A DNA stretch of 63,011 nucleotides, the filler included, from Collodictyon triciliatum (lineage: Eukaryota): assembly GCA_043381765.1 (NCBI GenBank). It is 11 parts of 11 records of this genome, joined end to end, with 100 filler letters (N's around TTAATTAATTAA, not from the genome) between each part and the next. Parts side by side here need not be neighbours in the genome. Positions count along the whole stretch, not along the records: positions 1 to 6,373 come from JBHJMP010004505.1; positions 6,474 to 12,846 come from JBHJMP010004506.1; positions 12,947 to 19,318 come from JBHJMP010004507.1; 8 more parts are not named here. One strand, given 5' to 3'. The notes under the pieces were generated by a model. That model saw only the letters and a list, made by a program, of their open reading frames with translations. It did no database searches and was not told the DNA's origin. A program made the translations under genes and the position numbers. Shown piece by piece: positions 1 through 13,056 of this stretch; the stretch's first letter is position 1; the number at the start of each line of letters is the position of its first letter.

Positions 1-159
1 TTCCAAGCCATATCGCCCCCCAACTCGAGTCATGCGAGAACAACTTCAAAGCAACCATCCGCCTTCTCTCCTCCATCCCTTCTTTTGCCCCTTCTTTTGG
101 GGATTCAAAACTTTCTCGAGAGTGTGATGCCTTACTAATGGTTCTTATCTTCGTCTTTT

Positions 160-780
160 CAATACCTCACAGCTCAGTTTGTTGCTCTATACTCGCAGCA
201 TACACACTCACTTCTCCCTTGGTAAAAGGCACACGAAGGAACGAGTTGCGATCGAATAACTGTAAAAGGAAATAAGATCAATGACCTATCTTTGCTGGAC
301 ATGCGTTTCGTCGGTGCATAGAATCCCACGTAAACGAATAAAACTCCTTCGGGTCGATGCGGCGTTCGTTTGCCACTGGACCTTGACCATCTACCACCAG
401 GGTATTTTCCGCTCTATGCTTTGTGTGCTTTATGGACAGCCTACTTGTCTGACGAGCTAGTAGAGCGCCTGATTCCTGTTACTTTTGAACCCAGTGATTT
501 TGCGGCGATTGCTTTCTTCGGCTGTTGTGGTGCCACTTGCGGCTGGCCGACTTTGGCCGACTTTGCTTTTGCCTCTTCTCGGCTCATAAATATATCATCG
601 TCCTGGTCAGCGTCTGCACCCGTGCTCTCATTTTCGTAAGTGTCTGTGTGGTGACTGACGAGGTTGTTCCCAATCGACGCCTGGACAGAAATTGGAGGGG
701 GAAGCTGGCGAGGAAGAACCGGCGCTACTGATTTAGATTTCTCAAAGCCAGGTATCTTGAATGTCAAGTTGACCGATGAG
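160..780 (-). CDS. Exons of an unknown low-complexity protein, possibly the 3' part of the coiled-coil gene to the right
   Basis: Open frame SSVNLTFKIPGFEK...RRSTSSSDK continues after a plausible 31-nt GT-AG intron as AENTLVVDGQGPVANERRIDPKEFYSFTWD. No family recognised; boundaries approximate. Confidence 0.4.
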
Positions 781-1029
781 ATAATATATCACAATCATTA
801 ATGAATGATTCAAAAGTAACAACAACAATATAGCCATTACACTGCGAGCATTTTTTCCTTCTTAAGTTCATCAATAACATGAGACTCGAAAAATGGTTTG
901 AAACTACTGATAATAGATAATAGAAAATAAAATAAAAAAAGGAGAGAGAGAGAGAGGGGGGACAGAAGAAAAGCAGAAGCATTAATTGGGTAATCGATAA
1001 AGAGAATAATTAGACCCTGGCTCCTATTC

Positions 1030-2307
1030 CAGACACCGACGACTCTTTCCTAGGAACCTGGGTGATAGTAAAGTTTTTGAATACCTGGCCAATAGTATAT
1101 TACTTCACTGGATCCAAAGGAAAGAAAACATAGAAAGACATTTTATGCTCGTTATTTGATTATGGCAGTCTACTGTTGGGCCGCCATCAAGTATGAGAGA
1201 AGCTTGTCTTGGTGTCGGGTCTCCTGTCCTTGGATTACTGAACTGCTAAACGAGAGGACGAGCTTTCAGTTGATTCAGGGAGTATATATTCATTCTGCTA
1301 TCAATAAAAAAAAATATTCCCTTTATTCGATTCAAAGCGTAGCGAATTCTGCTATCAATCATTAAATTCACACTATAAACATTCGTTGACTTTTGAGCTT
1401 CTTTGTAAAATGGGTCTTTATTACAATTTTTCCGGGCCCTTCAATATATCATTATTATTTTTTTGGTATTGGTGAGGCTCGTGATTTGGGATTGTAACTT
1501 CTGTTGTCTCTAGACAAATTTTATTATTTGGTTAAAAATGTGTATTCAATTAACTTTTTACCCCTGGGGAATTAGGTCGCTCTTTAACAGTTTGCGGAAG
1601 GCTCAGATGGCTGCTTCGCATTTGCCCAGCTGAAACACCCCCGAAGGAAGAGACACTGCCTGTTCCCATACCATTCATCGCCCCACTTCTGTAGGAACCA
1701 ACCAGACGATCTTCGATTACTTCGATCATCATGAGAATATCTGTGTTTAATCATGTAAAAGATGAAAATGGGAGATGAAAGAGTGTGTTATTGAATAGAT
1801 TAGGAATATATAACAGGGTCAGGTGGGCATATTATTATCAAGGTAAACATACATTCATTATTGAATGTTAACACTTCTTACTCTCAGTCGACATGTCATT
1901 ACTGTCTATGGCCGCCCCATTTGGGTTCTGATTTGCCAAACATAGCGAGGGATATTTTAAAAATAAGTTACATTAAATTGTTTCTTCCTTAATTTGATTC
2001 AAAATTACATTAAATGTTAGGTTTTTATATCCACACGGGTTGAAAGGCGAAATCAATCAATATTATAAAAAAAATTGCAGTAAAGCAAAAGCAACGTTTT
2101 CTAGTCAAAGAGAAGGCCTTAATGTGATTTACAAAGGGATTGTCAGCTGACTTTGATTACCTGAATTTGACAATGCCTTGAGAGAGAGTATATTCCGGCT
2201 CTAGCATTAGCAGCAAGTTTGGCTAGTTTTGCACATTCAGCAGATAGGTTTTCTCTATCAAGCTCGGCTTGGGCATACCTAGACTGAAATATGATATCAG
2301 CCCAAAG

Positions 2308-2338
<31 letters not shown>

Positions 2339-4060
2339 AGCATTTATCACTATTTACTACATCGATTTCGAATTGATTTGGTTTTTTATTTGGTTTTTTA
2401 TTTGGTTTTTTATTTGGGTTTTTATTTGGGTTTTTATTTGGTTTTTTATTTGGGTTTTTATTTGGGTTTTTATTTGGGTTTTTATTTGGGTTTTATAATA
2501 TTAGTGTTATTATTGCTGGTATTGTTCATTTATTTTTTAGAATTATATGACAAACAGCTCGATTCATATTACTTGTAACAAATCATGAAATCATGAAATA
2601 CTGTTGGGTTTGATTTATACAGTCAAAATTATTACCTCAAGGTCTATTAGTCTCTTGTTCATCGCCGTTTGGCTTTGGGACCCAAGCGTCTTAAACTCAA
2701 AAAGCTCTTTGCTGAGTTTCTCCATCTAAAATTGTGATTTAATCGTTGTAAAAAAAACTCCGTTTATATGCATTGACAGACATGGTTCCAAATATAGATG
2801 CTTCTGTTATGAGGAAAATGAGACTTTTGGTATTCCGCCTTCACTATTACATCTTTTCGCAGCTTGTCATTTTCCAAGGTAAGTTTTGAATTCACATCAG
2901 CTAGACCATCCGTCGCATCTTCCGTGTTTATAAACTATTTAAAATTAAGTAAGCTTGAAAGAAAAACATTAGGTGAAATAGAAAGGAGGAAAACGAATAA
3001 AATTAGTCGTTTATTTTCAAATTTCATTACAATTTGAATGGCCTGATCTATTCCATCCGCTTTCACCATGCTCTGGATTCGCTTAAAGGCTCTTTCAATA
3101 ACTTCTAGACGACTCTGACGAGGCAAAGATAGAGAAAATAGAGAAAAGAGTGTTTAATACCCGTACAATTAAGCATCCATAAATTGTTGTATCAGTTTTA
3201 GTAACCAACTTCTGAAAAGAAAAATTAAATAGAAAAATCATAATTGGAATATTTTTGTTCTTTGTATCAATTTGGCTACTTAGATACTTGTACCCGTGCA
3301 ATTTGATGTATACTCTATTTTGAAGTTCGCTTTCGATATGTTCAATTAAAAAACAAAAACAAGAAGCCATGTGGATGATTTACCAAAGAGGCAAAATGAC
3401 CCGCCTCCTGGGTGATGAACTCAAACCCTTTCTTTCCACCTTTTGCCAAAGTTAGAAAGCTAGCACATGTTTCAGTAGGGGGAGACATCACATTCGTTCT
3501 ATTTTCAATCGCCAAAGATCTGCTGTAGATATGCTCTTTGACCTAGTTAAAGTTAATTTCGTAAACGGATATTTTAATATTATATGAGGATATTACCACG
3601 ATTAAAAAAAAAACTCCATAATATTTTAGTGGGAGGGGTAATACGTCAAGATTGTAAAATTTTATGAATATCTTATTGAATGTAATATTTTTGAGTGCGG
3701 CTCTGCAGAAAGTTTTTTTTTACAGAAAAAATGATTGAAACCACAGTTATACTTTTTCATCATTATCAACAAGCTTTTGGAGAACTTGAATTTCAGCTTT
3801 CCAGCACTCCTTAGAGGCTTCAAAATGCTTGCATGTGCTGGTAAGCTCTGTGTGGAGCGCATGCAATGCGGTGGTTCTGAGCGTTGAATGAATAATTTTG
3901 TGATTCCCTTTATTTTATTTGTTTTCAACGATTATGCTTTTTTGTTATGTTCTTAAATGAAAAAAATCAAAAAGAGTTACATAGACGCTTAAGTATAGAT
4001 TCATATACATATATATTTGGATAAAGAAATTCTTTAGAGTTCAACACGATATCGAACACG

Positions 4061-4099
<39 letters not shown>

Positions 4100-5214
4100 A
4101 TAGAAAACTCAACTCCATTAGGTCGAGAAAGGAGGGAAAATTAGAATGTAAAATATTAAAACATAAGAATACGTATTCTGAAGCCTTTGTTTTAATCTAA
4201 TACACTCTGTTTCTAACCCAGCTACCTCATCCATAACCTATATATTGTTTGATATTTGGAAAAAATCGGTGAACATCCCCATAACGGATGATGAAATATG
4301 ATTGTTCAGATTATTTCACAAAATCAAGTTGTTGTTTTTTTTCAATTTGTGCGAGATAGGTGGCATTGCCTATCAGTCATTCTTATTATATAAAAATTTA
4401 AAAAAAAACCCTTCAAAAAATTGCACTGATAGAGTATTGAAAAAAAAATATTACCAACCTTGTCATGAGTGATTCTAAGCCTCCTATTTTCCGATGAATT
4501 GTCATGGACCATCGCTACATATTTCTCGTATTGGGAGCGGCTGATTGAAAAAAAATATAGAATATATTCAATCATATCTAACAATAGGCGGTGGACATTA
4601 AAAATGCAGATATCTAAATTACGGTCCTTACGATTGATCTAGTTTTTGTTGCAATACGGCGAGCCTTTCTTCTAGTGACTTCAATTTTCTCTTTTCTATC
4701 TTACTGTTCATTTCCTGATCGCAGTGGGATAATGATTCGCGAATAAAAAAAAATAAAAAAAATAAAAATAAAAAAAAAGGGAGAGAGAGAGAGATTGATT
4801 TTAGGTGTTAAATCTAATATGGCCTATGTTTATACAGTATGTTCTTGGCTGTATTCATCGCATCTCTTAAGCATATTATAATCATAATGAAGGCTATGGT
4901 ACACAAATATTCGATGAATAATATTGAAATTTTTCATCCTTCGTTCAAATATCATCTATATCTACTCTAGAAAAATTATGAGAAAGGGGAACTTGAGAAT
5001 ACGATCAAACCTGCATATCGTGAACAGACCGTCTTTCCTCCTGTAGTTTGACTGCCATCGAAGAAACAGTCTCTTTAATCCCCTGGTTTGTGTTATTGCG
5101 ATTGTCTATCTTCTTTCTTAGGTCCATTATCTGTAAATTTAAGAATAATAATAGGATTATTTTTTAAAATATTGCGTAAGAAATTTGCAGATAGTTCAAC
5201 TGCTCTAGATTTGC

Positions 5215-5311
<97 letters not shown>

Positions 5312-5953
5312 GTTTTGAATCTAATTTCTTCGACTATATACATGGTAAACCCAAGCGGAATGAAATAATGTCAGAATAATCTTTAATTCTTACAGAGTCT
5401 TCCATCTCAAGCATCTTCATATTTACTGAATGACCATGATTTCTAGTGACAGAGAGTGTATTTGCTTCGCTTGACTCGTATTCCTGTGCCTATTCAGCAA
5501 TAAATTATGAAAGGGTGAAAGATATGTAGATATGAGACTAACGTAGCGAAAGGGCTTCTAAAATTGCAGAACCACGATACAATTCAATTTTATGGAACGC
5601 TTTTCGTGAGAAAAAAATTGGAAGGAAGGGAATCTTTAATATATATATATATATTGTGTCTTGTAACTCCAGTGAATTATATTGATGAATTTTATTTTAT
5701 TGCACAAGATACTGAAGTAAAGAATTGATATTTAAACGAAAGCAAAGCCAAAAAGAGATAATAAAAAAAAACAAGAAAAAAAGTTGATCCAATATTTAAC
5801 CCTGCTTTGCGGTCGACTTCTGGGGAGTGTACGAGAGTTTGTAACTCCGACGTTGAATGATTTCGTCACCACTGATCTTGTGCGAGAAAAGTTTGACGTT
5901 TCTGAGCGAGGTGAGGATCCAGTCGGAGATAAAGCTTGTTGTTGGGTAATCAT
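1030..5953 (-). CDS. Multi-exon coiled-coil protein resembling outer dynein arm docking complex subunits (ODA-DC; CCDC114/CCDC63/CCDC151 family)
   Basis: Spliced exons around 2850-3120 give AFKRIQSMVKADGIDQAIQI|FINTEDATDGLADVNSKLTLENDKLRKD, matching the family pattern AFxxIxxxxxxxDIDxxxxxFIxxEDxNxxLxxxxxxLxxExxKL. Further heptad exons include MEKLSKELFEFK and RYAQAELDRENLSAECAKLAK. Ends approximate. Confidence 0.5.
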
Positions 5954-6319
5954 GGACTGTAAAGTTGATATTGTTCATATATAAAAGTTAAAATAATGAA
6001 TAACTTGAGCATTTCTCCTTGAAACATTTTTAATAGAGAAAATTGTATTTTGCACGAATAAATGTAATAGTAGATTCCTAACAACACTCCAAAAAAAATT
6101 AAAATGATTTGTTTCAGGTGTAAATGTACTGGTGTTGAAATGATTAACTATATATTATTAAAGAAACGTGTAAAAAAAAAAAACAATGGATACCTTTGCT
6201 GGATAAGACGATTCCATTTGTAATAAGCTTAGTCCGAAAAGTAGATGAATTTTTAATTTTTTTTTGAAAGAAAAGGCTTCTTTAACAAAGATTTTTGATA
6301 AACATTCAATATCAGGATA

Positions 6320-6373
<54 letters not shown>

Positions 6374-6473
6374 NNNNNNNNNNNNNNNNNNNNNNNNNNN
6401 NNNNNNNNNNNNNNNNNTTAATTAATTAANNNNNNNNNNNNNNNNNNNNNNNNNNNNNNNNNNNNNNNNNNNN
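6374..6473. other. Artificial contig spacer (44 N + TTAATTAATTAA + 44 N)
   Basis: The identical 100-bp spacer, with stops in all six frames, recurs at 12847-12946, 19319-19418, 25793-25892, 32261-32360, 38724-38823, 45186-45285, 51646-51745, 58109-58208 and 61136-61235. Genes on either side of a spacer are not known to be neighbours. Confidence 0.98.
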
Positions 6474-9400
6474 ACTTTCTATGCACGCTCGGCTCGCGTT
6501 ACGGCTGGTCACCAAACCATGAAAACCCATCTGAATGGCATCCAGACACGGACTTGAAGTTTCCATACCTCAAGGAGATTAGAGGCCTCAGTGTGACTGA
6601 CTACGAGGTTCATATATCAGTTTATCCGCTTGTAGTCAAATATTCGTATTTATCACTATCAGTCTCTAACATCAATGATATCAAATAGATTGTTCACGGT
6701 ACTCTGAAAGAAAATCCTGTTGCCCGACGTGCACTCTTCTATTCCCGAGACGAAGAACATGCAGTCAACCATGTTGCTGAAACCGATGCAGAGCGTGCAT
6801 TATATCGCCCAGTCAATGAAAGGGACGTAAGCAGAAAATAATTTTGGACCATTTCTCTTAATAATATTTCAATAATTTAAAAGCATATATGAACCTTAAT
6901 TTCAGAGAGGAAACCAGGGTGTATTGAAAGAAAAGATTGGAAATGTGTTTGAAGTCAAGCCATACAAGACACCCCAGCAGCTCATCTCGATGATGGTTGA
7001 CGATTTGATGGAAGCAATCGACAAGGATTTTCCCGACCAAGAGGTTTGGTTTCAAAGCATTTTTTAAGTATACTCTTTATTATTATAACTTAAGTAATAT
7101 ATTTTGGCTATCTTATTATAATATCAAAACTTTGCAGCATAAAAATCCTGAGGACATGGCGCATGAGCAGTTTATGCGACATCGACTGATTGGATTGGAA
7201 GGAAGAGACACCATCTTGGCCATTTTGAAGGAGAAAGCGATGTTGCAGCTCGATACTGACGGTTCTGATATTACCGTTGTTGGAGCAGAGTCTGGTATTG
7301 GGAAATCGACGATTATGAGCGGACTGGTTCGCGACCTGCACGCGGGCAAAAAGTCGAATATAGTAGTCATCTACCACTTTGTCGGTTGCTCAAACCTGAG
7401 CAATTATGTGGAAAAGTAAGAACAATCGAATATTATAGTAAGTTTAAATATGTTAACTGGTCATATAATATATTAATTGCCATTCGTGATAGTTTGGTGG
7501 AGCGTGTAGCTCGCATTCTTGTTGAAAATGAAGCAATCGAGCTCAAACTTGAATCCGAAGAAGGTTTATTTTTCAAATGTCAAATGTTAATTTATATATC
7601 TTTTGCACAGGATAAATTAAATATGCATAAATTTTGGTTTATGTCTTGTTGCAGAGAAGGACGCAGTGAAGAAGGGACTAGACTACATACTCATGCTTGC
7701 ATCACGAAACGAGTCAATTTAACAATATTTATTTTTAATTAACCAAATACACTATCTGACAAGTCAATCAATACAGAAAAAAGCAGGTTGTCTTGGTCAT
7801 CGATGCATACAACCAGTTGGTCAATTCAGAGCAAAACAAACACGTCCACCGCCTTGAATGGCTTCCCAAAAAGACACCAAAGAACATCTCCATCGTTGCA
7901 TCAACCATCGACACCCACGAATCATGCGAGGTTCGTTAATTTATTTTGAGGATATAATATGCTTGAATTAACCCAATCGCTTTTGAATAGGTTGCCAGGT
8001 CAGCAGGGCTAGATGTTATTCCTGTGTCGAAGCTTGATGATGCCGGAATCAGACAAGCAGCCACCTCGTTCTTCAAGCGCTACAACAAAACCTTGAATGA
8101 GAAACAGATGGCAATGATACTGAGTAAACGTGGTGATACTGGTGATTATAACCAATATTTCGACTCTAATTTATTTTATTTCTAGCATAAATATTTTAAT
8201 GATGAATATGAAAACAGGGCATCCACTCTACCTGCGCATTGTGCTGGATGAGCTTCGTGTGTTTGGAGTGTACGAAAAAGTAGATACCGAGCTTAGTGAA
8301 ATGCTGGAGACTAAGGGAGTTGTCAATTTGTTCGACCTTGTGATGAGTCGCTGGGAAAAGAAATACGGTTTTGTGATACATCTAAAGTGGTTCTTTTAAT
8401 ATGATTCTTATTCACTTGCATAAATTCTAGGAAAAGATATTGTTCGTCTGTCCATCAGTGTCCTTTATGTGTCGCGCGTTGGTCTTGATGAAAACGAGCT
8501 AGACAAATACATGGAGCACCGACTTAACCAAATTCATATGCAAATCAACCATGCGACATGGTATATCGATTCCTGTGATATGATTAATACATGGGTTACT
8601 TTTGATAAATTGAATTTTTTATTTTAGGAAATCATTTCTTTTTGTCTTGCTAGACTCGCTCTTTGTGAGGAATGGGAGGTGATACAGTTATTCATAATTA
8701 TTTAATGGTCGTAATTGCTAATCACAATGTCTTATATTAGATACGCGTTCTCTCACCAGCTGCTGGCACAATCCATCAAAGAGCGATACTTTAAGGATGA
8801 ATCGTACACAAAAAATGAAGCACGTGAATATGGATTGTGGCTGCTGGGCGAATACGGCTCTGCGACTGAAGACAAGAACGTTGTTGCCGAAATATGTTAC
8901 AATCTGGGAATTTCAAGAGAATATGATAAACTGGTGGACTTTATGAAGAGTGAAAAGGTTGGTGGATTTTAATTAGTGTTTTTATTTTTATGAAATGTGT
9001 TGTAATATAATTTTTAGGTTGTTATGAGCATGCTGGATGACAACTATCGCTTCGAGTTTTATGAATGCTGGAGAGCGCTGAATAAGAACGGTTATGACCA
9101 CAAAGTCGTCTATTGTGAGTTGGCCAAGGTGATAAAACTCAATTACACATATATCAATAATGGATTCATTTTAATGGGTATGTACAACAGCAACTGAATC
9201 CTGCTGGCTCTGCGTTGATTGATTACTTTCAACAAATACAAGAAAATGCCTTTTTGATTCCGATTCTTGAGCATCGCATTTCTGTTGAGACGGATGAGGG
9301 TTTGGTCAGTTGATTTGTATATTTGTGAGTGTTGCTAATATTGGTTTATCTATATTAGGTTCGAATGGAAAAAATCTGAATTTTCTGGGAAATGTTTATT

Positions 9401-10963
9401 ATCAACTTGGAAAGTATATTTTATTTGGCCACGTTTTTATGTCTAGCATTAACATATAATTTAATAGACATGAAAAAGCCCTAGAATACTATCACAAATC
9501 ACTTGAAATTAAACTGAGCGTGTTTGGAGAAAAGCACCCTGATGTCGCAGAATCATATAACAACATTGGAGTCACTTATCGTCAACTCGGGAAGTATGTT
9601 TTTTTTCTATTCTATATTATTACGTTTACTTATTGACCAGCTTATCATTTGATAGGCATGAAAAATCCCTGGAATACTATCACAAATCACTTGAAATACG
9701 ACTGAAAGTGTTTGGAGAAATACACCTTGATGTTGCGATATCATACAATAACATCGGGGTGGTTTACTATCAACTTGGAAAGTATATTTTCTTTGAATAT
9801 TCGTTAATGTTTATCCTTCATTAATTTTTTATTTAATAGATCTGACAAAGCTCTGGAATACTATCACAAATCACTTGATATTAAACTGAAAGTGTTTGGA
9901 GAAATACACCCTAATGTTGCCACTTCATATAACAGCATAGGCATTGTTTACAAAAACCTCAGAAAGTATGTTTTATTCTGTTATGTTTATGCTCGTATCT
10001 TCATTAAATTATTATTTAATAGATATGAAAAAGCTCTAGAATACTGCCACAAATCACTGGAAATCCGACTGAAAGTGTTTGGAGAAATACACCCTAATGT
10101 TGCCATGTCATATAATAACATGGGAGCCGTTTATCGTCCACTTGGGATGTATGTTATACATTTGACTATCTATTATTTGAATCGAATTAAGAGGGAAAAC
10201 ATATTTAGCTATCTATCATCTCTATTTCTGAACTTATTATTGATAGGCATGAGAAAGCCCTTGAATACTACCACAAATCACTTGAAATTCGATTGAAAGT
10301 GTTTGGAGAAATGCATCCTGATGTTGCAGAATCTTATAACAACATTGGAGTGGTTTATCGTCCACTTGGGATGTATGTTATACATTTGACTATCTATTAT
10401 TTGAATCGAATTAAGAGGGAAAACATATTTAGCTATCTATTATCTCTATATCTTTACGAACTTATTATTAAATAGGTATGAAAAAGCGCTTGAATTCTAC
10501 CACAAATCACTTGAAATTCGATTGAAAGTGTTTGGAGAAATGCATCCTGATGTTGCAGAATCTTATAACAACATTGGGGTGGTTTATCGTCCACTTGGGA
10601 TGTATGTTATATATTTGACGATCTATTATTTGAATCGAATAAAGAGGAAAAACATATTTAGCTATCTATTATCTCTATTTCTTTATGAACTTGTTATTAA
10701 ATAGGTATAAAAAAGCGCTTGAATTCTACCACAAATCACTTGAAATTCGAGTGAAAGTGTTTGGAGATTTACACCCTAATGTTGGGAATACATATTACAA
10801 TATTGGTGGCCTACTTATGACCCAGAAGAAATACCAAGAGGCTGTGGATATGTACCAAAAAGCCAACATGATTTTCAAGACTGTTTATGGAACAGACCAT
10901 TCCGAGACCAAAGACGCAGAAAAGCAAATGATGAGTGCGCAGAAGATGCTGCCTAATAAGTGA
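6474..10963 (+). CDS. DUF4062-like / NACHT-type P-loop NTPase / TPR protein (nephrocystin-3/TTC41-like architecture), 5'-partial, multi-exon
   Basis: Motifs in order: FLCTLGSRYGW and GLSVTDYEI (DUF4062-like), Walker A GAESGIGKST (near 7282-7311), Walker B VVLVIDAYNQL, GHPLYLRIVLDELRVFG, YAFSHQLL. These are followed by kinesin-light-chain-type 42-aa TPRs (YHKSLEIRLKVFGExHPxVAxSYNNIGxVY). Stop at 10961-10963. Confidence 0.88.
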
Positions 10964-11639
10964 CTGGTCTGTTATCCAATCACATCTAAACAACCCATTC
11001 ATCCATCCGAATACGCTCACTTTTCACAAAGGCAAGTAAAAGTGAGCCCTATCACGGTGACCGCCGAACTGAATGAATGCAGATGATTGCTAGCTTGCTT
11101 GCAGAATATGTATGAAAAGAAAAGAATAAAAAATCAACTTAACCTTATCAGCAGATGCCGATAAACGCGATGCATATCCTGTTTGTTTGATAATAGATCT
11201 TGAGTATGTATCGCAGGCTTAAAGAAGGGTTTTTTTTTATTCTTTTATGTGCTAGGGGCTGTATGCTTTTATTTGGTTTTTCATTTGATTTTTTTATTTT
11301 CGTTTCGTTACAAGTCACAAGGTTAGCTTCATGAACACAATCCTTTCTCTTTTTTTTTTTTTTTGAGCATAGTGGTGGGATTTAGCACTACGTGCACTGC
11401 TTTGCCTGCCTTTGTTCTGTGCTATATTTTTCATTGATTGACTTGGAGGTAGCCCATACCCTGACTGATTACATGAATACCTGTTGAATCTGCGATTGTT
11501 TGGTGTGATTATTCGGTGAAGTGCTTTGTTGTTTTGTATGTGTTATTCCCTTCAATCTGTGCAGGCTGGTGGAGATGTTGGATTTGGTTCGCTAGCCATT
11601 GTTCGCACTAACGCTAATTGGTGGCCGGGTGGCGAAGTA

Positions 11640-11840
11640 GTAGTCAGTTATCAAGAATTTCATCCTGCGGTTTGGCCTGCAGCATGGGTCTTGTAATTAC
11701 ATGAGAGATACAAGACGAGGTTTAATCTCTTTCTCGGTTTCTTTCCACATGCCTCTTCTTACAGGGTCTGAGTAATGGAGAACGTGCAGATGGCGAAGGA
11801 AGCTGTTGAGAAAAGAGATTTGTGTGAATGTCATTTAGCC
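11640..11840 (-). mobile_element. Degenerate dispersed repeat, probable non-LTR retrotransposon ORF2 3' end
   Basis: The reverse complement aligns by eye with 59196-59393 (shared CAAATCTCTTT..., CTGCACGTTCTC, GACCCTGT, TTAAACCTCG, ACAAGACCCA, CCAAACCGCAGGATG). This copy has an in-frame stop. Confidence 0.65.
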
Positions 11841-12576
11841 TTTCTTAAACGATTCGCATGTGACCATCTTTTGCTTTCGGATATTGGAATACGTGTTCAC
11901 TCGCATCGAAGGAGAACTTTACATTTATTCACTGTGTTGGTCTGCGAGTATTGCAGGATACCTATATAACATTGCTTGGTTTCCTGCGCCCAAAGAATGT
12001 AGCAGATTCAGCCCACTTGCAATATGAACTTAGAACATTTTCTGGTCAAANNNNNNNNNNNNNNNNNNNNNNNNNNNNNNNNNNNNNNNNNNNNNNNNNN
12101 NNNNNNNNNNNNNNNNNNNNNNNNNNNNNNNNNNNNNNNNNNNNNNNNNNNNNNNNNNCAACGCTGAACTATCCCATCGAACTGCGATTTCTTGCTTTAT
12201 GAAGATTATTTTTATTTCCTTTTCTAACAAAGAGACATTGATCCTGTGCCAAATGAAGACCAATACCCTATCCCACTAGTCTGATGCTGTTGTTGAGGCG
12301 AACTCTACGGAGACGGCCTGTTGCGATCGAATATGTTGCTGCTTTTTTACTCGATTCTCTACATTCTCTGCTCCTTCCCCATACACGTCGGACTTTTTTT
12401 TTTCTTGAGGACTTTTCACAAAAGAACGCGTTTACAAGAGAGACAGCTTTCGTCGTTGCTTTTTTTTCTTTCTCTTTTCATATATTTCTCGTTCTCAGGA
12501 ACACATCCTTTCGCGCCCCATTTAGATCATCCAAGCAAAGTTACCCGACAACCCTCCACAACCCACGCGATCTAGC

Positions 12577-12632
12577 ATGTCTGGATCTGGTTCTGCGCCA
12601 AAGCTCTGCGCAAACAACTGTGGATTCTACGG
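12577..12632 (+). CDS. First exon of an A20(/AN1) zinc-finger protein (ZFAND5/SAP-like), partial
   Basis: ATG...MSGSGSAPKLCANNCGFYG followed by a GTAAGT donor. LCxNxCGFYG is the A20 zinc-finger signature. The rest is off-contig. Confidence 0.85.
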
Positions 12633-12959
12633 GTAAGTCCACAACCCAGCCTCTGCCTCTCAGCCACACCCTTCGCCAAAAAACCCTGACAAAAGGCTCT
12701 ACCTTTGTCTAAAGCAACTTTTTAGCCGATAGCACGTTTATTTTAAACAAAAAAAGAAACAAAAGAAGAAACAAAAGAAGAAACAAAAGAAGAAACAAAA
12801 GAAGAAAAAAAAAAAAAAAAAAAAAAAAAAAAACAAAAAAAAAAAANNNNNNNNNNNNNNNNNNNNNNNNNNNNNNNNNNNNNNNNNNNNTTAATTAATT
12901 AANNNNNNNNNNNNNNNNNNNNNNNNNNNNNNNNNNNNNNNNNNNNTATGCTAGAGCAG

Positions 12960-13036
<77 letters not shown>

Positions 13037-13056
13037 GCTCATATAAATCAACCTAG

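Noticed and set aside
411-443. In-frame TAG codons suggesting stop-codon reassignment
   Set aside because: They are explained by a short GT-AG intron. TAG, TAA and TGA all serve as true stops elsewhere (COPA TAG, MCP TAA, TPR gene TGA).
6418-6429. Recurrent TTAATTAATTAA motif at near-regular ~6.47-kb spacing
   Set aside because: It is an artificial six-frame-stop linker inside N padding. The spacing reflects contigs of similar length, not biology.
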